Shown: positions 51,024 to 61,006 of the stretch, piece after piece
Position numbering within the stretch: position 1 is the stretch's first letter
Layout: each line of letters begins with the position of its first letter
NCBI GenBank assembly: GCA_963756875.1
Contig: CAVWPA010000003.1
Coordinates: forward strand, 1,720,365-1,784,364
Source: an uncultured Verrucomicrobiae bacterium
GTDB taxonomy: Bacteria; Verrucomicrobiota; Verrucomicrobiia; Chthoniobacterales; UBA10450
Direction: 5' to 3'
Length of the DNA: 64,000 nucleotides
Made by a program: the position numbers and the translations under genes
Notes under the pieces: generated by a model
What the model was told of the DNA's origin: nothing
Database searches by the model: none
Seen by the model: only the letters and a program-made list of their open reading frames with translations

Positions 51024-51075
51024 ACTTTATGAACAAGATTGCTGCTTTGCCGCCGGAGAGGACGGCCTCGACAAG

Positions 51076-51996
51076 ATGAAGAAACTGCGCGTCGGCGTTG
51101 TCGGGGTCGGCCACATCGGGAGCAATCATGCCCGGCTTTATGCCGGGATTCCGTCGGCCGAGCTGGCCGCGGTTTACGATGTGGATGCTGGCCGGGCGAG
51201 CGCCATTGCAAAAAAATACGGTGCCCGGGCAGCCAAATCGCTCGATGAATTCGCCGATCTGGTCGATGCGGCATCGGTAGCTACCCCGACGAATACGCAT
51301 TACCAGGTCGCAAAACCGCTTCTTCAACGCGGCAAACATTTGCTGGTCGAAAAGCCGATCACGGAAAATACGAAGGACGCCAGCGAACTGGCCGAGCTGG
51401 CTGCGCGCAGTCATCTCGTTCTGCAGGTCGGGCACGTCGAGCGGTTCAACCCGGTCCTGAGCGCCTTGGAAGCGCGCCTGACACATCCGCGTTTTATCGA
51501 AGCGCACCGGCTTTCACCTTATCCGGATCGCAGCACCGATATCGGCGTTGTGCTCGATCTCATGATTCACGATCTCGAAGTGATCCTGCACCTGGTGCGG
51601 TCGCCGGTGCAAAGCATCGACGCGGTGGGCGTGCCGGTATTGAGTCGCGGCGAAGACATCGCCAATGCGCGTATCCGTTTCGAGAACGGTTGCGTTGCCA
51701 ACGTCACGTCGAGCCGAATCAGCCCCGAGCGCATGCGCAAAATCCGCGTTTTTCAGGAAGACGCCTATCTGTCGCTCGATTATGAAAAACAAAGCGGTGA
51801 AATCTATCGGCGTGAAGCCGGAAAAATCATCCGGGACAAGGTGGCCATCGAACGCGAGGAACCGCTAAAACAGGAATTGATTTCATTCGTCGAGTGCGCG
51901 GGCACTGGGCGTGAACCGCGCGTTTCCGGATTTCAGGCAACCGCCGCGCTCGATCTGGCAGTGGAAATAACCAGGAGAATGACGAAATCCGAATGA
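51076..51996 (+). CDS. Gfo/Idh/MocA oxidoreductase, GnnA-like (UDP-GlcNAc 3-dehydrogenase candidate)
   Basis: GVGHIG, VEKPI, QVGHVERFNP, DLMIHD; adjacent to lpxB; ATG at 51076. Confidence 0.85.
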   Translation: MKKLRVGVVGVGHIGSNHARLYAGIPSAELAAVYDVDAGRASAIAKKYGARAAKSLDEFADLVDAASVATPTNTHYQVAKPLLQRGKHLLVEKPITENTKDASELAELAARSHLVLQVGHVERFNPVLSALEARLTHPRFIEAHRLSPYPDRSTDIGVVLDLMIHDLEVILHLVRSPVQSIDAVGVPVLSRGEDIANARIRFENGCVANVTSSRISPERMRKIRVFQEDAYLSLDYEKQSGEIYRREAGKIIRDKVAIEREEPLKQELISFVECAGTGREPRVSGFQATAALDLAVEITRRMTKSE

Positions 51997-52103
51997 CGAA
52001 TGACGAAACAAATTCAAACGATGAAGTCAGAAACAGCAGCACGACACGCAGCCCACTGGCTTCCTGATTGGTGCCTCGTCATTCGAGCCTCGTCATCAGC
52101 GGC

Positions 52104-53225
52104 ATGACCATCTATTTCGTCGCGGGCGAGGCCAGCGCGGATAATCACGGCGCGGCCTTGATGCGCGCCCTTCAGAAACTCGACACCGATTTGCGATTTG
52201 TCGGACGCGGCGGACCGCAAATGAAAGCGGTCGCGGGAACCGATTTCCATGATTGGATCGGGAAATCCGGCGTTCTCGGATTATGGGAAGTGATCAAGCA
52301 TTACGGTTATTTCCGGCAACAATTCAGGGAAACGCTTGGCGAAATTGAAGAAATGAAAGCGGACGCCGTCGTGTTGATCGATTATCCCGGCTTCAATTTG
52401 CGTCTGGCGCAGACACTCCGCCAGTGGGCACCTGACCGGAAGATCATTTATTATATTAGTCCGCAGGTGTGGGCATGGAACCGAGGCCGCATCAGGAAGA
52501 TGGCGCGTTGGCTCGATCTGATGCTTTGCATTTTTCCGTTCGAAGCAGACCTCTACAATAAATCGGGGTTGCGAACGGTCTTTGTCGGCCATCCGATGAT
52601 CGAGCGCTTGCGCCCACGGAAAATCGACGTCTCACGCGATCCAAATTTAGTCGGGTTATTTCCGGGAAGCCGTGGCCGCGAGGTGCGGAAGATTTTCCCG
52701 GTTTTGATTCAAACGGCGCGCGAGCTGCAAAAGCAAAACCGGGATTTGCGCTTTGAAGTCGCAGCCGCATCGGATGAGCTTGCGCTTGAGCTGGAAGCAA
52801 TGTTGCGTCGGCACCCTGCCGATTTTGCTCTCCAGATCAAGACCGGCGACACCACGGCGCTGATGCAAAGAGCGGCGGCCGGGATTGTTGCGTCGGGAAG
52901 CGCCACGCTCGAGGCCGCATACTTCCGACTGCCGTTCGTCCTGGTGTACAAGGTCGCGGTGATGACGTATCTGGTGGGCCGTCTCGTCGTAAAGGTAAAC
53001 TATCTCGGCATGCCTAATGTGCTCGCCAACAAAGAAGTCGTGCCGGAATTTATTCAACATCGCGCTAAACCGCGCCTGATGGCGCAGGCTGTTCTGCGAT
53101 TGCTGCGCGAGCCCGCGGCGCGTGATGTGATGCGTTCCGAATTTTATACAATTGTCCACCGGCTCGGCGAAGGCGGCGCCAGCGAGAAAGCCGCGAAAGC
53201 GATCCTCGATGAACTCCACGCATAA
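52104..53225 (+). CDS. lpxB: Lipid-A-disaccharide synthase
   Basis: AGEASAD, IDYPGFN, YISPQVWAW, FVGHP, PGSR..E, ASGSATLE, PEFIQ. Confidence 0.95.
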   Translation: MTIYFVAGEASADNHGAALMRALQKLDTDLRFVGRGGPQMKAVAGTDFHDWIGKSGVLGLWEVIKHYGYFRQQFRETLGEIEEMKADAVVLIDYPGFNLRLAQTLRQWAPDRKIIYYISPQVWAWNRGRIRKMARWLDLMLCIFPFEADLYNKSGLRTVFVGHPMIERLRPRKIDVSRDPNLVGLFPGSRGREVRKIFPVLIQTARELQKQNRDLRFEVAAASDELALELEAMLRRHPADFALQIKTGDTTALMQRAAAGIVASGSATLEAAYFRLPFVLVYKVAVMTYLVGRLVVKVNYLGMPNVLANKEVVPEFIQHRAKPRLMAQAVLRLLREPAARDVMRSEFYTIVHRLGEGGASEKAAKAILDELHA

Positions 53226-53342
53226 TGGAAAGCCGTTGAAACGGCTGCCCTCTTCGATCTGCGTGATCACCTGCCCGACTGTCGGTGTTAATGGGAAATG
53301 TTGCTCGTTGCGATTCGATTGACATAAAAGGCGCCGACTGTC

Positions 53343-54911
53343 GTGAACGAGCGATTGATGGAACAGTATCTCGAAAGTAAGCCCGTATTCTGGCTCGTCA
53401 GCGCGCTCGCGATCTTTCTATTCGTCGTCACGAATCTACCCTGGCAGCTTGACGATTACGACCAGGCCAAACAGGCGTTTACCTCGCTCGAGATGGTGAA
53501 AGATGGCCATTGGTTTTATCAGCATACGCCGCACGAACGCGTTGCCACCAAGCCGCCTCTCGTGGGATGGATTTCGGCCGCAGTCTTTACCGTTACCCGA
53601 TCGTGGGAGGTTGCGTGGCGTCTTCCATCGATTCTCGCCGCCATCGGGCTGTTCATCCTGTTATTCCGGGTCGCGCGTTTCGCTTACGGCAAATGGGCCG
53701 GTTTGCTGGCAGCAAGCGCCTTTGGTTTCAATCTGCTGACTCCTCGACTCGCCTCTCTTGTGCGGACGGACATGCCACTGGCGCTGTTGATTTTCCTGAT
53801 TGGCCTCCTTATCTGGCGAAAAATTCGAAACAACCAAGGTTGGGAGCATCGCGATCGCCGGGCCATCTTTTTTCTGCTGACCGCGGCGATGTTGATCAAG
53901 GGCCCGATCGTCTATGCATTTTTGCTGCCGGGAATCGTTTTGACACAGTGGAGACGCCGGCCGGACGATCACTACAGCGCCTGGTGCGGATGGTGGCCAT
54001 GGATCGGTTCGCTCGCAATTTTCCTGGTTTGGGTATTTGCGGGAATTGTTTTCGAGCGCGGCTTCTTCGATCAAGTCGTCATGCGCGAGTTTCTGGGTCG
54101 TTTTGGCGAAACCGTTCATCGGCCGCAGCCGTTGCTTTTTTATCTGCCACACCTTCTTCACAAATTTTTTCCGTGGAGCGTGTTGATGATCGCAGTCGCA
54201 ACGATCGAGCTTCAGTCGCGGCAGTGGCGAATTCGGGCGGCGTTTCGCGCCATGGCGCCGGAAACATTCTGGCTCATTTGCTGGGTTTTCGGCGGACTCA
54301 TCCTGATGTCTATTATTCCGTCAAAGCGCGTGGACCGGATTTTTCCGATTATTCCGCCGCTTTGTTTGCTTTTAGCCGCGCAAATCGCCTGTAGCCACGG
54401 CTCTGTGAGCCGTTCCTCAGCAAGCCCGGATCCTGAGCCGACTAGCAACCCGCCTTCACCCGACTCGGTCGCGGCAAGTGGCCGGGTATCTCCAGAGAAT
54501 GAAAGTATGCGCGAACGGACCTTCCACTGGAGCGCGCTTGCACTGACGGCTTCGATCCTGTTCGCAGGCGGGTACGCGGCGCTCAAGGTAGTCTCGGGGT
54601 ATCGCGAGAATCGTGGGGCGCTGGCCAGTTTCGGGTGGCAGGCAAACCGTGAGCTCGCGTCGCGTGGTTGGCGTTACGCAGTGGTGAAAAGCAGCGATGA
54701 AGGCCTGCTCCCGTATTTGCGGAAGACACATTTTGTCCGCTCGGAACAGGCGGTGGCGGAATGGAACCGCGGAAATCTCGACGCGTTGGTGGTCCCGGCA
54801 AAAGAGGCTCCGCGGTTGATGCGCGAACTTCAGGATGCCGCCCTTTCTGGATTGCGATCGAACACGAGAAAAAATGCGTCCAGTCTGAATTACGTGCTGA
54901 TTACGCGTTGA
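53343..54911 (+). CDS. ArnT/GT39-like membrane glycosyltransferase
   Basis: KPPLVGW, RLPS, RTDM, LIKGP, SKRVDR; polytopic. Confidence 0.82.
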   Translation: MNERLMEQYLESKPVFWLVSALAIFLFVVTNLPWQLDDYDQAKQAFTSLEMVKDGHWFYQHTPHERVATKPPLVGWISAAVFTVTRSWEVAWRLPSILAAIGLFILLFRVARFAYGKWAGLLAASAFGFNLLTPRLASLVRTDMPLALLIFLIGLLIWRKIRNNQGWEHRDRRAIFFLLTAAMLIKGPIVYAFLLPGIVLTQWRRRPDDHYSAWCGWWPWIGSLAIFLVWVFAGIVFERGFFDQVVMREFLGRFGETVHRPQPLLFYLPHLLHKFFPWSVLMIAVATIELQSRQWRIRAAFRAMAPETFWLICWVFGGLILMSIIPSKRVDRIFPIIPPLCLLLAAQIACSHGSVSRSSASPDPEPTSNPPSPDSVAASGRVSPENESMRERTFHWSALALTASILFAGGYAALKVVSGYRENRGALASFGWQANRELASRGWRYAVVKSSDEGLLPYLRKTHFVRSEQAVAEWNRGNLDALVVPAKEAPRLMRELQDAALSGLRSNTRKNASSLNYVLITR

Positions 54912-54989
54912 ACGGTTCCTAAAAAATTGCGGCGAGGCTTCTAAATTATTGCGACGGCCATCGTCCGCCGCTACAGATACAAACTGCCG

Positions 54990-55520
54990 ATGGAAGAATT
55001 TCCCAAACGAGAACTCGAAACGCTTTGGTGTCCGTGGCGCGTGGAATATTTCGAAACGGAGCCGCGAAACCTGAATTTTCTCTCTGAAGCGGCGTCGGCG
55101 GGCGACGATGCCCCGTATCTGGTCATTGCGCGGCGCAAGACCGCTTTTCTGATGATGAACCGTTATCCCTACACGGTCGGGCACTTGATGGCCGTGCCGT
55201 ATCGAAAGACCGCGCAGCTCGATTCGTTAGGCGAGAATGAGATCGTCGAACTTTGGAACCTGGTCACGCATGCCCAGGCGCTGTTGCGCGTCGCGGTGAG
55301 GGCGCAGGGTTTTAACATCGGAATCAATTTGGGCGAATGCGCCGGCGCAGGCGTGCCGGGGCATCTGCATGTTCATATCGTGCCCCGGTGGAGTGGTGAC
55401 ACCAATTTCATGCCGATTTTATCGGGCGCGCGCCTGCTTTCGGAGGGATTGCGCACGCTGTACGACAAACTGATCGAGGCGCAGACAAAGATCGAAATGG
55501 AAAAACGGAGCGCGAAATGA
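54990..55520 (+). CDS. HIT-family nucleotide hydrolase/phosphorylase
   Basis: NRYPY..GHLM and HLHVHIVPRW. Confidence 0.9.
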   Translation: MEEFPKRELETLWCPWRVEYFETEPRNLNFLSEAASAGDDAPYLVIARRKTAFLMMNRYPYTVGHLMAVPYRKTAQLDSLGENEIVELWNLVTHAQALLRVAVRAQGFNIGINLGECAGAGVPGHLHVHIVPRWSGDTNFMPILSGARLLSEGLRTLYDKLIEAQTKIEMEKRSAK

Positions 55521-56185
55521 ATACGTGGGTGGAGCCACCTCCGCCTAAGCAGTTGGGTTGTTTCGCCAGAGGTTGCCTCATCCTGGTGGTGTTCGGCGCC
55601 GTTTTGGCAATCGCCTGCAGCATCGGCGTTTACTGGGGTTTTAAACATCATTCGGCAATCGTGCGCGGGATGTATTGGCTTACGAGAAACCACGCCGTCG
55701 CCGAAAGGCCTGTCGCGGTCCCGCAGTATCAAACTTCCGAATCAAGAATTGCGGCGGCCCAGGATCGCTGGCGGTCTTTTGAAACAGCCGTCCGCTCCGG
55801 CCAACCAGCGCAGATCGAGCTTAACGCGGATGAGATTAACGACCTGATCGCGTCCGATCCGGAGCTCCACGGCAAGATGTTCGTGTCGATTGTCGGCAAC
55901 CGGTTGCGGCTCGAGATGAGTATGCCCCTCGGCGAATTAACCGGCTGGCGGGGCTATTATTTCAACGGCGACATCAAGATACAAATGGGCCAGCCGGAAT
56001 CGCTGACCAGTCCGCGCGTGAGCAGTATCACGATCAACAATCAGCCGTTGCCTGTTGATGTGCTGAACTGGAAATACCGCTCGCAGCGATTGCGCGATTA
56101 TCTCTCCGACGTTGCGGAGCCATGGAACCATACCACCGTCGAGATTCGCGACGGCAAAGTGATCCTGCAATCCCGCGGAAAGTAA
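55517..56185 (+). CDS. Hypothetical membrane-anchored protein
   Basis: GCFARGCLILVV N-terminal anchor; ADEIN motif. Confidence 0.7.
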   Translation: MNTWVEPPPPKQLGCFARGCLILVVFGAVLAIACSIGVYWGFKHHSAIVRGMYWLTRNHAVAERPVAVPQYQTSESRIAAAQDRWRSFETAVRSGQPAQIELNADEINDLIASDPELHGKMFVSIVGNRLRLEMSMPLGELTGWRGYYFNGDIKIQMGQPESLTSPRVSSITINNQPLPVDVLNWKYRSQRLRDYLSDVAEPWNHTTVEIRDGKVILQSRGK

Positions 56186-56209
56186 CTCGCGCGTGACGAC
56201 GCTCGGATG

Positions 56210-56295
56210 CTGTAGCCACCGGCCTGCGGCCGGTCGGACAAAAAGTGAAAACACGCCCCGATGCTGCATGACGGCCCACAGGGCCGTGGCTACAG
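56210..56295. repeat. GTAG-family REP doublet
   Basis: CTGTAGCCAC ... GTGGCTACAG between convergent genes. Confidence 0.8.
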
Positions 56296-56303
56296 GGTGC
56301 GGG

Positions 56304-57899
56304 CTACGGCTGCATGATTTCCCGCGCGAACACATTGAGCTGGCCATCCTCCTGCTTGCGGATCTCAGTGATCTCAAACGGACGCGCTGCATCGCGACTG
56401 ACCATCGAGCCTCGGGCCGGGGGTGTGTAACCGGCCGGAAACTCCACAATGATGCGCGTCGGTGAGCTGCTGCCGCCGAAATGAAGCACCGTGTCGCTGA
56501 GCTTTGAGCGCGGGCGCAGAACCGCGTGGTTCGCGTCGGAGAAGTTCACCACAAATTGTCCCTTCAAATAAATGCGCTCGCCGGGACTGCCGCGGTCGGC
56601 GATCTCGCCAAGATCGCTTGGGCTGACGAGTCGTCCGATCGGCATTCGGCCCGGAGGATAAGTTTTCCAACTTCCACCGCCGGCGGTAGAAGCCAGGGTG
56701 GTGGAAGAATCGGCCGAAAAAGGCTGGGCAGGCACCGCCGGCACCGGCGTTTCCACAGGCGAAGCAAGAGCGACCTCAGGCGCAAAGGTCGGCGTCGGAG
56801 TCGCAGCCGCGACAGGTGGCCCAGGGGCCGCTCGTTCCGTGACTGCTGATGCAGCCACCGCTTTTCTAACGACCTCCGCCGGTTCGGAGGTCGATGGCTT
56901 TGGTGCGCTCTTTTCTTTCTTCGCCAGCTTGCCGTGCTTCGTCGATGCTTCTTTGGCAACGGTCTCCGCATGCTTCTTCGGAATTTCGGCGACCGCTGGC
57001 GTCTCAATTGGCCTGGCCGACTCGACCCGCACCAACTGATTCTCCGGCGAGGTGGGCGTCGCGGTCGGAGTCAGGCCGGGAATCGGTACACCGCCAGTCT
57101 GCGCGCTGCCTTCTTGCCGGCGATAATTTGCGAAATGAAGTTGAGCGCGCAGCCGCTGCTGTTGTTTAAATAACGGCCAACCGGCTTCGAGATTTAGTGA
57201 CGACGGCGGGTCGAGCGTAAACGTCCCGGTCCCGCGCATGATCGTGTACGTTCCGTAAAGCAGCGGGACCGCCGTGATCATGATGTGACCATCGGCCAGG
57301 CGTTCGACATGAATAATAGCGGACAAATCGTGCGCCCGATCCATCTTGAGTTCGAGCCCGACCTTCAGCGTCTCTTTCATCAACGGCGTCGTTTGCGGAT
57401 CAGCGGGATAAACGTGCTCCATGAGCAACGCCCCGTTGTCCACGGCGCTGGTCAACGCCACCATACCGGATGTAAACACATCGTCCGGCCCCAGATCGCG
57501 CGCTTCCATGATCACATAGCTACCCACCACATACGGAACCAGGCCGCGCACCTGCTGGTAATTGCGAATGTAATTGCGGGCCAGCTCGGCGTTTGTTTTG
57601 GCCAGCTCCGCCGCGCCCATCGCGTTGTAGCGATCGTAAATCTGTTTCGGGTTCAGGAATTCCCCGGCCGGCGCCGCAGTTAGTTCAAAACGTCTGGGCG
57701 GCTCGATCTTGTGCAGCTTTTGCAAAATCCGATAGCTGTCCGGTCGCTCCGGTTGACCGAAAATGTAAAAACTGCCCAGCCATGCAGCCAGCGCAAAGCC
57801 GCTCAGCAGCAGAATGGCCAAAGTCCATCCAAAATAATTGATGCGGCGCCGTACGGGCCGGGCGTACGGCTCCTCAATTCGATAAAGCCCGTAGTCCAT
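56304..57899 (-). CDS. Hypothetical single-TM protein with a Pro/Ala/Thr-rich linker
   Basis: 531 aa ORF: N-terminal TM helix and two globular regions. Confidence 0.72.
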   Translation of the reverse strand: MDYGLYRIEEPYARPVRRRINYFGWTLAILLLSGFALAAWLGSFYIFGQPERPDSYRILQKLHKIEPPRRFELTAAPAGEFLNPKQIYDRYNAMGAAELAKTNAELARNYIRNYQQVRGLVPYVVGSYVIMEARDLGPDDVFTSGMVALTSAVDNGALLMEHVYPADPQTTPLMKETLKVGLELKMDRAHDLSAIIHVERLADGHIMITAVPLLYGTYTIMRGTGTFTLDPPSSLNLEAGWPLFKQQQRLRAQLHFANYRRQEGSAQTGGVPIPGLTPTATPTSPENQLVRVESARPIETPAVAEIPKKHAETVAKEASTKHGKLAKKEKSAPKPSTSEPAEVVRKAVAASAVTERAAPGPPVAAATPTPTFAPEVALASPVETPVPAVPAQPFSADSSTTLASTAGGGSWKTYPPGRMPIGRLVSPSDLGEIADRGSPGERIYLKGQFVVNFSDANHAVLRPRSKLSDTVLHFGGSSSPTRIIVEFPAGYTPPARGSMVSRDAARPFEITEIRKQEDGQLNVFAREIMQP

Positions 57900-57902
57900 C
57901 TA

Positions 57903-58175
57903 GGAGATTGTTAAAATACCGGTATGGCCCGCGCGGAAACAGGTTGGAGCGGATGGCAAGGCGCGAGCGAGGCGCATGTCCGTAGTGACCTGTAACGAAC
58001 GAGCAACGCAGCCAGACGCCCCAACCTGCTTCCGCCCGCAGGGTCGCGCTGCTTTTTGGCCTGAGCAGCGTTGCTCCTCAGTCACAGACCCATAAAGGGT
58101 ATGCTCCTTCGTCGCGCCTCGCTCAGGCCAAAAAGCAGTAGCAACGCGGGTCATTCCAGTATTTCAACAGTCTCC
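57903..58175. mobile_element. MITE-like non-autonomous element, copy 2
   Basis: Ends GGAGATTGTTAAAATACCGG / CCAGTATTTCAACAGTCTCC; shares internal blocks with 30687-30963. Confidence 0.8.
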
Positions 58176-58203
58176 TAAGTGAGAACGAAAAGATTCGGCG
58201 ATT

Positions 58204-58536
58204 TCAAGCCGGCTGCGCTGCCTCAAATGACGTGCCGCATCCGCATGTACGGGCCGCGTTCGGATTCACGATTTGGAAACCCGTGCCGGTCAGGCCGTCG
58301 TGAAAATCCAGGGTGGCGCCGCGCAAATAGGGAGCGCTTTCCTCATCGATGAAAAATTCGACGCCGTCGCGCTCCACCACCGTGTCGCCCGGTTTTTTTT
58401 CATCCAGCGCCATCTCGTAATGCAAACCCGAGCAACCGCCCTTTGAGATCTGGACGCGCAGGCCTTTTTGCGCTTTCGCCTCTGCTTCGAGCAAGCTTTG
58501 GAGCCGTCGAGCAGCGTTCTGGGTAACGTGGATCAT
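58204..58536 (-). CDS. A-type Fe-S cluster carrier (IscA/ErpA/HesB)
   Basis: GGCSG and NPNAARTCGCGTSF; ATG at 58536. Confidence 0.93.
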   Translation of the reverse strand: MIHVTQNAARRLQSLLEAEAKAQKGLRVQISKGGCSGLHYEMALDEKKPGDTVVERDGVEFFIDEESAPYLRGATLDFHDGLTGTGFQIVNPNAARTCGCGTSFEAAQPA

Positions 58537-58582
58537 CTCTCTTCCAAAAGTACGGCACCAGTGAATCAAGTCAACCTGTGCC

Positions 58583-58648
58583 CCTGTAGCGGCAGCCGTG
58601 CCGGCTGCGCTCCCCCAAAAACGCCGCCGGCACGGCTGCCACTACAGG
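58583..58648. repeat. GTAG-family REP doublet
   Basis: CCTGTAGCGGCAGCCGTGCCGGC ... GCCGGCACGGCTGCCACTACAGG. Confidence 0.85.
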
Positions 58649-58886
58649 CGCATCGCTAAACCGCTAAATGGTTGAATCGTTGATACGAGGCTAGAACCCA
58701 AACCGATAACCATTAACCGACAAAGATCTTCCGGCCTCTGACGTCTGAAAAATGAGCCGCATCCGCCTTCTTTGCCGAGGCGACGGCGCGACGGGTGGAT
58801 CGCTGGCGCTGGACTCCGTTTTCTCTCTCTTTTTTTATTGGACGTTGGGCGTTGGGCGTTGAGCGTTGGACGTTTGCCTTGGTACC

Positions 58887-60743
58887 ATGAGCCGCATCCG
58901 CCTTCTCTCTGAAACTGTCGCCAGCCAGGTCGCTGCCGGCGAGGTCGTCGAGCGTCCGGCGTCGGTTGTGAAAGAGCTCGTAGAAAACAGCATCGACGCC
59001 GCCGCGCGCAAGATCGACGTGGTCGTTCGGCGCGGCGGAATTTCAATGGCGCGCGTGATCGATGATGGCTCCGGCATGGACCGGGACGACGCGCTGCTTT
59101 CGCTCGAGCGTCATGCCACCAGTAAAATTCGGTCCGCCGCCGATCTGCAGGCCGTTGCCACGCTCGGGTTCCGTGGCGAAGCGCTCCCTAGCATCGCCAG
59201 TGTGTCCCGGTTTCGCCTGACGACTCGCGAACGGGACGCGGTCGCAGGCACCGAGATCCTCGTGAACGGCGGCAAGATCGATGTCGTCCGCGATGGCGGC
59301 GAAGCGCCCGGGACACAAGTCGAAGTGCGCTCGCTTTTCTACAATCTGCCGGCTCGACGCAAATTTCTTCGCGCGGAAAACACGGAAAGCCGCAACATCG
59401 AGCATCAACTCCATTTGCAGGCGATCGGCCATTCGCAGATCGCTTTTACATTCGTTCGCGACGAGCGCCTCGTTTTTCAACTTCCGCCGGCCGCCACGCT
59501 TCAACAGCGCATCCGCGACTTATACGGCGCGGATTTGCTCGATAAGTTGCTTGAGATTAACGAAGCCGATTCGTCGGAAATTCAAATTCGCGGCCTGATC
59601 GGTCGCGCGGGTGTTAGCCGGCAAACCCGCGCGCAGCAGCTTGTATTTGTTAACGGGCGCGCGATCGAAAGTCCGGTCGTGACCGCGGCAGTGCGCGAAG
59701 GTTATCACACCGCGCTCATGAAAGGACAATATCCGGTGACGTTTCTTTTTGTCGATCTCGACCCGGCCGCGGTCGATGTGAATGTTCATCCGGCGAAACG
59801 CGAAGTGCGCTTTCGCGATCCGAACGGTGTTCGTGAAGCAATCGTTCGCTGCGTCCAGCAAACCCTGGAACGCGACCGGGCCGCGTGGCAGGAAAAATTT
59901 CGCGCGCCCGTAGCAGGAGTCGTTGAACCCGGTCGTGCCGCTGTAGGCGGGACCGCCCACCCGGACATCGTTCCCGACCTGACATTGCGTCCGACAGTTA
60001 CCGTTCCGGAAATATCGCATCGCGAGTTGCCGCATATGGAAACCGCGATGACCAATCGCGAATCGCCGATTGTAGGGCAGGCGCCTCGCCTGCCAGTTCC
60101 GCCGGCCGATTCGGCAAGCGACGCGCTTGCCCTACAAAGGGACGCTGAGCGTTCCACATCAAATCAGCAATTCCAAATTCTGGGCGTGCTCAACAAGCTC
60201 TATGTCTTGATGGAGAACAGCGAAGGCCTGGTCCTCGTCGATCAACACGCCGCGCACGAGCGGATTTTGTTCGAAGAACTGCGCCGCCGCATGGAAGAGC
60301 AGGGGGTTCCTTCGCAAAGATTGCTCATCGCGCAAACATTCGAGCTGCCGCCGCGCGACGCCGATTGGATCGAGCGCAACCTGGCGGTCCTGCAAAAAAT
60401 GGGAATCGGCATCGAAAGCTTCGGCCCGAACACGTTCAAGATCGACAGTCTTCCGAGTTTTCTGAACGTGTCCGACCCGGTGCAATTCATGCGCAAGGTG
60501 ATCGACGATCTCAAGAGCGCGAGTGCGCAAAGTTCGCCGTTACGCCTTGGCGAAGAGATGATCGCGAAAACGGTTTGCCGGCACGCCGTCAAAGCGAACG
60601 ACCCGTTGCGCTACGCTGAGGTGGAAAAACTCATCCGCGACCTGCTCGACTGCGATCTGCCGTACTGCTGCCCACACGGCCGTCCAACGATGATCCAGAT
60701 CTCGCTCGCCGAACTGGAAAAGAAATTCGGCCGAAAAGTCTGA
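58887..60743 (+). CDS. mutL: DNA mismatch repair endonuclease MutL
   Basis: AAGEVVERPASVVKELVENSIDA, GFRGEAL, VDVNVHPAKREV, DQHAAHER, CPHGRP. Confidence 0.97.
   Translation: MSRIRLLSETVASQVAAGEVVERPASVVKELVENSIDAAARKIDVVVRRGGISMARVIDDGSGMDRDDALLSLERHATSKIRSAADLQAVATLGFRGEALPSIASVSRFRLTTRERDAVAGTEILVNGGKIDVVRDGGEAPGTQVEVRSLFYNLPARRKFLRAENTESRNIEHQLHLQAIGHSQIAFTFVRDERLVFQLPPAATLQQRIRDLYGADLLDKLLEINEADSSEIQIRGLIGRAGVSRQTRAQQLVFVNGRAIESPVVTAAVREGYHTALMKGQYPVTFLFVDLDPAAVDVNVHPAKREVRFRDPNGVREAIVRCVQQTLERDRAAWQEKFRAPVAGVVEPGRAAVGGTAHPDIVPDLTLRPTVTVPEISHRELPHMETAMTNRESPIVGQAPRLPVPPADSASDALALQRDAERSTSNQQFQILGVLNKLYVLMENSEGLVLVDQHAAHERILFEELRRRMEEQGVPSQRLLIAQTFELPPRDADWIERNLAVLQKMGIGIESFGPNTFKIDSLPSFLNVSDPVQFMRKVIDDLKSASAQSSPLRLGEEMIAKTVCRHAVKANDPLRYAEVEKLIRDLLDCDLPYCCPHGRPTMIQISLAELEKKFGRKV
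60070..60137. repeat. GTAG REP doublet inside the mutL linker
   Basis: TTGTAGGGCA ... TGCCCTACAA, read in frame. Confidence 0.8.
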
Positions 60744-60773
60744 ACCACGAATACCGCGGCGCGGGGGCCGACC

Positions 60774-60880
60774 CTCCGGGGAGCATAGGCTGCGAGCCTG
60801 TGCTTTTCGGCAGCCTGCCGAAAAGAGTTTCGCCGGCAAGCTGCCGGCGAATGCAGGCTAGCAGCCTGCGCTCCCCGGAG
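60774..60880. repeat. Multi-stem palindromic element
   Basis: CTCCGGGGAGC ... GCTCCCCGGAG ends; internal TTTTCGGCAG/CTGCCGAAAA and TTCGCCGGCA/TGCCGGCGAA stems. Confidence 0.75.
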
Positions 60881-61006
60881 GGCCCCAAAGCCCCGGACGC
60901 CAGCCCTTCACCGCTTCGCCGCTTTTGATCGTGCTCGTGCTCGTAATCGTAATCGCACAAAACGTAGTAGAGCCGGCCGCCGGGCCGTCCGCTTGTCTGT
61001 TCCTCA

